Shown here one piece after another: positions 59,311 through 64,000 of a DNA stretch of 64,000 nt; the first letter of the stretch is position 1, and every line of letters starts with the position of its first letter. Origin of the DNA: Macrostomum hystrix. Its lineage: Eukaryota > Animalia > Platyhelminthes. Location: contig CATNEN010000001.1 of assembly GCA_950097015.1 (NCBI GenBank), positions 15,748,001 through 15,812,000 of the forward strand, given 5' to 3'. Below the pieces are notes generated by a model. It was given only the letters and a program-made list of their open reading frames with translations, had not been told where the DNA came from and searched no databases. Both the position numbers and the translations under genes were made by a program.

Positions 59311-60729
59311 GTTATGAAATAGTCATAGTTCTATGGCTTTAAAGCCTTTAAAAAGATAGAATATACCCAACACGAGTGTACTTTATTTTTTCTCTGTAGA
59401 AATCTGCATTATTGGCTACAGGCTGCCAATGAATCCAAGACTCTGCCTATCATCAAATCTACGCTTTTTGCCTTTTTTCTGGCATCTGCGAAATCTGTTG
59501 AAAAGGGTTTTAGTAAATATATATTTTTTCGACGCTAAACCTATTCGATTCTCAACCGGGTGAGATGGTGGGTGGTGGGGTGGGTTTTCGGTGGATGAAG
59601 GGATTTACACGGTTGCCGCTTAATCTTTCTCAGATTTTGTTATTTTTCGCTCTGTCGGCCTCGTTCGCAACGAAAGACCTTAATCCTTAGTCTGTGCTGC
59701 ATTTGTGAAGCCTGTTAGCTTTGACAGTGAGTGGCCTGGGCGAAATGGCAGTGAATTAGGGAGGCTTAAATGTGAGTTTATTTGACTCTTTAATCCTTGG
59801 CGAGAAATGGCTATAATCTTTGGTAGCATTGCTACTTGCCTGCTCATTTATTTCTTCTGTTTCCATTTGAGAAATTTCGCGAAGTCAGTTTTTTAACAAA
59901 AAATGCCTTTTTTAATTGATTTTAACAAAACTTTTGCGAGCGATTTTAAATTCGAATGATGGGGCTCTTTCCTGGAAAGCAACTCGTCAATGGTCGATTT
60001 TTTTTTCTTACCTGGATTACTGTTTCGAGTATATTGTCTTGTCGAAAGCTGGAGTCTTGCCCGTTGAATTTTCTCAGAGCTGTTTTAAGTTGCAGCGAAA
60101 ACGGACATTGCTGCTTTAGCACACCAAACTTATAATAAGGCAATTTAGGTCCTCGCGAAATCTGAAATCTGATTGGTTGTCGCGCGGAGGCTGAGTCCAT
60201 TTTTTCCTGACCAATAAAGCTTGCTGACTGGCGCTGCGCTACCATACCTACAAAAATTAACTCATGAAACTATCTAAAACAAAGCTCTGCGCTTCCAACG
60301 GCTGTGTACAACTGTCCAGTCCATGGACAGGGCAGCCATTGCTGACACCCATTTTACAGCTAATCACAGCTAATTTCCCATCAGCTTCACTTCGGCCAGC
60401 TATCAGAGCAGAATGGGATCTGTCTAGGAAGTCAGATAGGGCGATAATCAGAAAGGCACAACGCAAACCTTTGAGCTGCCCGATCAGTCAACCTGAACCA
60501 TTTTTGAGCAATCGGATCTCTCTGAAGATGAAGTCAAACAGTCAAAGATACTTTTGGGGTTCTGGTTCTGCAGAGTGCAAAGTACATAATTCGTGCAGTT
60601 ATAGCTTGTACTTTTTCTCAGACTTTTTTTTAACTATAAATTGATTAATGCTACTTAATGTTTGATGATCAGTAGTAAAGCCTGCGTGTGGTTCTCTACA
60701 CCAAGGCTCACATATTTTAAAGCAATTCT

Positions 60730-61000
60730 GCCCAGTCCGCTGACTCCTGAGCACACACCGCATACAGATACCGTACGCAGGCACATACTCACACAGGTGT
60801 GTACATCTGCCCTGACTTAACCATGATCAGGCAGTGTACTATCTCACTGTGCCATGGGGACTTGACTCACGCGGGTATAAATCGAACGACAAGCCACTAA
60901 GCTCTCAAATTAATGTGGCCTCGCCGCGGAATCGGAATTCAGGAATCAGGAACTCAGAAATCCTAATCCGAGAGGCAAATGCGTAAACAGTTGTGCCACT
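60730..61000 (-). mobile_element. SINE family B copy (internally deleted)
   Basis: GTGTACATCTGCCCTGACTTAACCATGATCAGGCAGTGTAC and GTGGCCTCGCCGCGGAATCG match the reverse complement of family B. Confidence 0.8.
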
Positions 61001-61209
61001 AACCCCATTCGATCATTGTACGCTAGTTACACTGTTTCCTCTGTGCAAAAATACATTTATTTTTTAATGTCGAGTCGCTATCAACGAACGAATCTCGTGA
61101 TTAATAATTTTCCTATCCAAGCCTAATAGCCTACTCAGTCAATTGTGCAGTAGTCTGATATGAGATTTAAATTCGCTCGAGTGTTATCAAATGAAAGGTG
61201 AACATCTGC

Positions 61210-61270
61210 ATCCAATAAACAGCCAATCAGGCGGCAGTGAAGGAGGGTTGGCAGTTTTCAGCCAATAGCG
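61210..61270 (+). promoter_or_regulatory. Cluster of three CCAAT boxes upstream of slit (putative proximal promoter)
   Basis: TCCAATAA, AGCCAATCAG and AGCCAATAG, 155-215 bp before the ATG. Confidence 0.45.
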
Positions 61271-61424
61271 AACCGATGCAGCTTGTGGTCAAATTGAAAC
61301 TAGACCCGTCAGATCAGACTGGAAGCAGTCATATAGCTAGCTTCTTTCGCTGAGACAGAGCAATTCAAGTAGTAAACATTCTCGGTGACTTTCACCACAG
61401 CAGTTTGACTGATACTGCTGAAGT

Positions 61425-63279
61425 ATGCAACAATTCAGCTGGCTGTACCTGCTGTACCTGCTGTACCTGCTGACAGCTCTGGCACTGATTGGTCACGAGG
61501 CGGGCGCTGTCAGAGACGGAAATGTCGCATTGCGCAGACAGCAGAGACTGCAAAGGCGTCGCTATGGTTACGCCAGCGACTCGGCGTTGGCAACGACAGT
61601 GACGGATCCCGAAGGTCGAGATTCGGCGGGTTCAATGTCACACTGTCCAGCCAGTTGCACCTGCTCAGGTCGGACAATTACCTGCAGCAAAGCTGGACTC
61701 ACTGCCATACCAGCCAACTTGCCTGCCAATGTTGAACGACTGTGAGTGTCCTGCAACTGCGACCTGTGAGAGAATGGAGAGACAGTTAGAGTAGGAAAGG
61801 TAGAAGATGAGCAGAGAGGGTTTCAGAAACTATTTTTTCAGTGTCTTATGTATGATTATTGTAAGTGAAGTGAGTCACTAATTATTAAGCAACCCTGCTG
61901 GCAATTATTTCCTACCGCAAAAAGGAAGAACAGAAAAGTGAACCAATTTTCGACTGAACTATTTTCCCGCCTGTCCAAATTGTAAAACCTACTTGAGTTG
62001 GAGACGTTCAGCTGAGAATGGTTAATTGGCCAAGCAATTTATCAAAGCTCACAGTTAGGTTTACATAGGCACTGGGGCCTATTCAGTATACGCTCGAAAG
62101 GTTACTAAAATCACAGTGTCTGCACTGAAAGTACAGCTGTGAAACAGTCCTTATCAGTGAGTTCTCATACTAGATTAGCTGCCTAGTGCTGTCCGTACAG
62201 TCACTAAGTATTCTCGTGTCCCAAAAACGCATGTTTTCTGTGATATAACTTCCTAACTTCCTAACTAAGAATACTTCCTAAAATCAAAATTATTTTGATG
62301 TCTCATGAAATGCTCTATTGTGTTTATTGAATGATGAAAACAACAGATAATTTGTCTAACACGCGTGATTTCTTTCTGTCTAACAGGTGAACTCTCTGTC
62401 TAACAGGTGAACTCTCTGTCTAACAGGTGAACTCTCTGTCTAACAGGTGAACTCTCTGTCTAACAGGTGAACTCTCTGTCTAACAGGTGAATTCTGTGTC
62501 TAACAGGTGAACTCGCTGTCTAACAGGTGAACTCTCTGTCTAACAGGTGAATTCAGTTTCTAACAGGTGAACTCTCTGTCTAACAGGTGAACTCACTGTC
62601 TAACAGGTGAACTCTCTGTCTAACAGGTGAATTCAGTGTCTAACAGGTGAACTCGCTGTCTAACAGGTGAACTCTGTCTAACAGGTGAACTCTGTCTAAC
62701 AGGTGAGAACTGTCTGTCTAACAGGTGAACTCTGTCTAACAGGTGACAACTGTCTGTCTAACAGGTGAACTCTGTCTAACAGGTGAACTCTGTCTAACAG
62801 ATGAACTCTGTCTAACAGATGAACTCTCTGTCTAACAGGTGAACTCTCTGTCTAACAGGTGAATTTAGTGTCTAACAGGTGAACTCGCTGTCTAACAGGT
62901 GAACTCTGTCTAACAGGTGACAACTGTCTGTCTAACAGGTGAACTCTGTCTAACAGGTGACAACTGTCTGTCTAACAGGTGAACTCTGTCTAACAGGTGA
63001 ACTCTCTCTGTAACACGTGAATCGTTAACATAAAATTTCCCAGGAACCTGCAATCGAATAAAATCACAGCTGTTCGCAGAAGAGATTTGCGCGGACTTTC
63101 AAATCTCAGAATTCTGTAAGCCCGCTGTTCATTGTTATTCAAATTGAAGCTGTACAATTTCCTCACATGTTAGTTTTCAACTTAAATCAACGGACCTACT
63201 CGCGCAGACAATTACAAGACAATCGAATTGAACGAATCGAAACCGGGTCCTTCGATGATTTGGCACCGTTGGAAAGATT
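61425..63279 (+). CDS. slit: Slit (LRR axon-guidance/midline ligand), 5' part; exons 61425-61741, 63044-63115, 63208-63279; continues beyond the window
   Basis: Signal peptide, LRRNT CPASCTCSGRTITCSKAGLTAIPANLPANVERL, then two 72-nt phase-2 LRR exons NLQSNKITAVRRRDLRGLSNLRIL and QLQDNRIERIETGSFDDLAPLERL, closely matching Slit LRR domain 1. Confidence 0.85.
62353..63020. repeat. 18/20/22-bp minisatellite (CTGTCTAACAGGTGAACTCT)n in slit intron 1
   Basis: Direct inspection. Confidence 0.97.
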
Positions 63280-63311
63280 GTAAGTGATCGTTTTATTAAA
63301 TTATTCTTGAA

Positions 63312-63480
63312 GGAGGTGGGTAGCAGAGTGGTCTAAACGCATTCGTTTCCAAGGTCCCTGAGCTCGATTCCGCGGCGAGGCCACATTTATTTTTTTGGGT
63401 GCAGCCGCGGAGAGAAGGCTTGGGGGCTTGTCGGGCAGTTTACACCATCTAGCAGAATTGTCACCAAGCGGTGTACCAAT
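63312..63480 (+). mobile_element. SINE family B copy in slit intron 3
   Basis: TAGCAGAGTGGTCTAAACGC A-box followed by CCAAGGTCCCTGAGCTCGATTCCGCGGCGAGGCC. Confidence 0.85.
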
Positions 63481-64000
63481 ACCCACAGCCCGCCTGCCAA
63501 TTTAACTGAAAGCCAGTACAATATTTTATTTCCACCTTGGCCAATTAGTGACGTCATTTTAATGGCTCCCTCCTGAGTCAGTGGACGAGGCTCTTGAATA
63601 CCCCCCTATTGCCGTCAGACAATTGAGTTTGAGTGTGCCAACACTGCATGGCCTGGGTCACGCACGAATATGTCCATATCACCGTGTGTGTGTGTGTGTG
63701 TGAAATCTTAACTATTCAGTTGCTATGCGTGCTATTCTATCTCTTTATCTATGGCCAATATCTCAGCGTGAGTCTCGGGTCCGCATGTGAGTGGGCAGTC
63801 CCAGTTAAAGAAGATACTCGTGTTTTCAAGTGTCCAAAGCGATATTTCACTAGCTACGTGATTCCAAGTGTGTGTGTGCCTCTAGTAGAAGATTTTCCAG
63901 CCAGTCTACATTGCGCAATCACTTTTCAAGCCGGGTTAGGTCGGCGGGGGGGGGAGGTTGGACCTCGATTTGGTTAGCCCAAATCCTTTGAGATTGCTAA

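Noticed and set aside
58531-59342. MLDKYEH heptad ORF resembling a coiled coil
   Set aside because: A 21-bp minisatellite of the TGTCTAACA family, open in three frames.

Overview
Eukaryotic (metazoan) genomic DNA, not prokaryotic. It has spliced genes with GT-AG introns, most of the longer ones filled with tandem repeats. The repeat landscape and neuropeptide type suggest a flatworm such as Macrostomum (inference). Host genes reconstructed by hand: a 7-exon Ldh_2-family (type-2 malate/L-lactate dehydrogenase-like) oxidoreductase (+, 16490-23179), a 3-exon corazonin/GnRH-type GPCR (-, 29303-38853), a 2-exon ankyrin-repeat protein (+, 43405-45775), a 2-exon secreted thioredoxin-fold protein (+, 48944-49791), an ASFVRMamide (FVRIamide/NPP-1-like) neuropeptide precursor (-, 56852-57361) and the first three exons of slit (+, from 61425). 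The first 16 kb is a pile of DNA-transposon remnants. These are (1) a foldback MULE/Rehavkus-like element with a spliced Ulp1-protease + PHD pseudogene, (2) a CCATAG-ended two-gene element carrying a hAT-like transposase C-terminus, (3) a 3.1-kb element with ~735-bp TIRs holding a decayed LINE RT fragment, and (4) a possible 7.2-kb Harbinger-type element carrying an orphan gene. Three MITEs are nested in Ldh_2 intron 1. Two tRNA-derived SINE families and about 20 mini/microsatellites are present, several sharing a CCTGT-NNN-ACAGG hairpin core at 20-21 bp period. Most long ORFs in the supplied track are satellite artefacts. All calls come from reading motifs; no database searches were run.
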